The position numbers and the translations under genes are program-made. Under the pieces are notes generated by a model that was given only the letters and a program-made list of their open reading frames with translations, did not search any database and was not told the origin of the DNA. 64,000 bases of DNA from Planctomycetota bacterium. Lineage in GTDB: Bacteria; Planctomycetota; UBA1135; UBA2386. The DNA lies in contig JADJWQ010000004.1 of NCBI GenBank assembly GCA_016716265.1, positions 75,126 through 139,125 of the forward strand, read 5' to 3'. Shown piece after piece: positions 63,601-64,000 of this stretch (position 1 is the stretch's first letter; each line of letters opens with the position of its first letter).

Positions 63601-63702
63601 GCTGCGGACGGCGGCGAACCGGCGCGACTGGCGGTCGATCCTGGGCCGGGGGTCGGTCCGCGGCGCGCCCGGGTGGCGCTGCGCTTCGAGCCGGTCGCGT
63701 GA
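60610..63702 (+). CDS. large protein with C-terminal six-hairpin (alpha/alpha)6 glycosidase-like domain, glycogen-debranching GDE_C-like (tentative)
   Basis: 1030-aa ORF. The segment 'ASDVTALFVTVLGAWHAWTEDRAGLAALWPAARAALGCLERFDRDGDGL...RSAALQWRAFAAGAALAAQLGD' resembles the GDE_C / amylo-alpha-1,6-glucosidase family by recollection. The N-terminal third is unassigned. Confidence 0.6.
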   Translation: MHVELRTAAAAEAERTALVELLGPRLPLRPAAAVPEPGAVLWWHGALDAGGTELGALRAHLEAGGRALCTGDCAAVPHALGLEPDPPTPAGADTAVARGLQPLPGHPLFHRFAGGLDLVPGRAGAAGELPIASGWPVAGRVLAVERAGGRCLAARAALVEYRVGSAGRLLACDLPVRFADADDALAEPRARFFGDLFDYLASDSAGERGPAPWPRPDRPLGARMFAVAGEEAPMAGAAAPEPAPDDPLWRDVPAARSHFAPLVAPDGQTLAATADGRVEVVWCRSFQALRDLEVELAADDAPLRPLAELVATCRVHPDALTWVLPAGGAVGLRAADDGEGFCLHVRAGAAQRLRVGVRGVAELRPAAPYPGALCGPIEVATGRHGAVLVARTAELGVSAIVAADLRPQRASLCELPGRAPGAAVGVGFRREFRVAAGDELTVSFGGHGGFGAAPDGAERIEAAADGAVTVQVGEPGLDALVALVRARRATFARAARVAGGRLASLDPATADPRFATRDALTGDLLLLGWGERRSVLTDLRLCAAHQDPDGRIPVEISPSGPCRHGASDVTALFVTVLGAWHAWTEDRAGLAALWPAARAALGCLERFDRDGDGLCERGDGDEWPALPGARVDVRSAALQWRAFAAGAALAAQLGDDVHHARWQARAGRLRQVLRETFWMPGDSGYATALLADGALDERASALSAVAWALGLGEHGSETAALRRFATAPWQADWGSRLWPGDADDGGAVPAFATVFTTLADFAHGRPDAGWARWLGWARAIEAGRGAVPGVLAEALRGTAPTPEPGVPRDAFVAHAAFASVLTHGLCGWRALPDEPRIVFEPALPGGVDRVACEELTIGPRRLSAAVWRGADGADLHCELRLEGPPVELEIGPFVPAPARLGGVQLDGAPLAAVHVDEQGDGVRVRARATLAAGVHRLDVEARPDLLVATPPAGCRLLARRCPEPDLVQLDVELAEPAELSVRLPGRRVAAVEGAELRAADGGEPARLAVDPGPGVGPRRARVALRFEPVA

Positions 63703-64000
63703 CGGGCTCGACGCGCGAACCTGGGGCGATGCCTGATGGCGCGCCGCGCCGCAGTCGGCAGCATCTGGCCGACTCCCGCGCGCCCCCTGCGGGAATCGCG
63801 AGCCGGTCGCGGTGCCTGGCCGACCGGGGCGATCGACCCGAACGGAGCGCAGCGTGGGACATGACCGCCGAGACCAGCCTGTCGGACCGGACCCTGCCGG
63901 AGCCCGCGACGCGGTTGCCCGCAGCGGTCTCCACGACGTCGCGAACGTGTTGACTGCCGCCCTCGGGGAGCTCGACGTCGAGCAGCTCGAGCCCGCGGCG

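Overview
This is a very GC-rich bacterial chromosomal segment, roughly 70% GC by eye (not computed). Because of the GC content the six-frame track is full of long spurious antisense ORFs, so I called genes only where I recognised family motifs, signal peptides or lipoboxes, or operon-style start/stop overlaps. I cannot assign the organism. The gene content (Ser/Thr kinase fusions to FGE/SUMF1-like domains, a TIGR02999-type ECF sigma factor, a sulfatase, many secreted proteins and lipoproteins) resembles Planctomycetota- or Myxococcota-type genomes.

Layout:
- 0-3.5 kb: an AT-richer islet and one apparently intact rve-type transposase.
- 3.7-9.8 kb: two paralogous large secreted proteins flanking a PhnB-like gene.
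- 10.1-16.1 kb: two tandem kinase-FGE fusions followed by an ECF sigma factor.
- 16.1-29 kb: an insertion-sequence graveyard. It holds three or four decayed copies of one rve-type IS, an ISKra4-like pseudogene, and an IS21-like element nested inside an IS66-like transposase gene with a recoverable 5-bp target duplication. It also holds a DUF4160/DUF2442 pair and a sulfatase bracketed by IS remnants.
- 29.2-31.2 kb: four tandem lipoprotein genes.
- 31.6-34.7 kb: an ArsM-like methyltransferase, an AurF-like diiron oxygenase and a TlpA-like thioredoxin-fold protein.
- 34.7-64 kb: mostly ordinary genes. These are a POT transporter, an ABC exporter, hydrolases, a long Gre-type factor, secreted and lipoproteins, a RimK triad, a third large kinase, a B12-radical SAM enzyme and a GDE-like protein.

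Most notable: the ArsM-like and TlpA-like genes each carry an in-frame TGA exactly at a conserved catalytic cysteine position. In both, family-typical sequence continues in frame after the TGA and a stem-loop follows it. I interpret both as candidate selenocysteine (Sec) proteins that ORF callers would truncate or split.

No rRNA, tRNA or CRISPR array was found.
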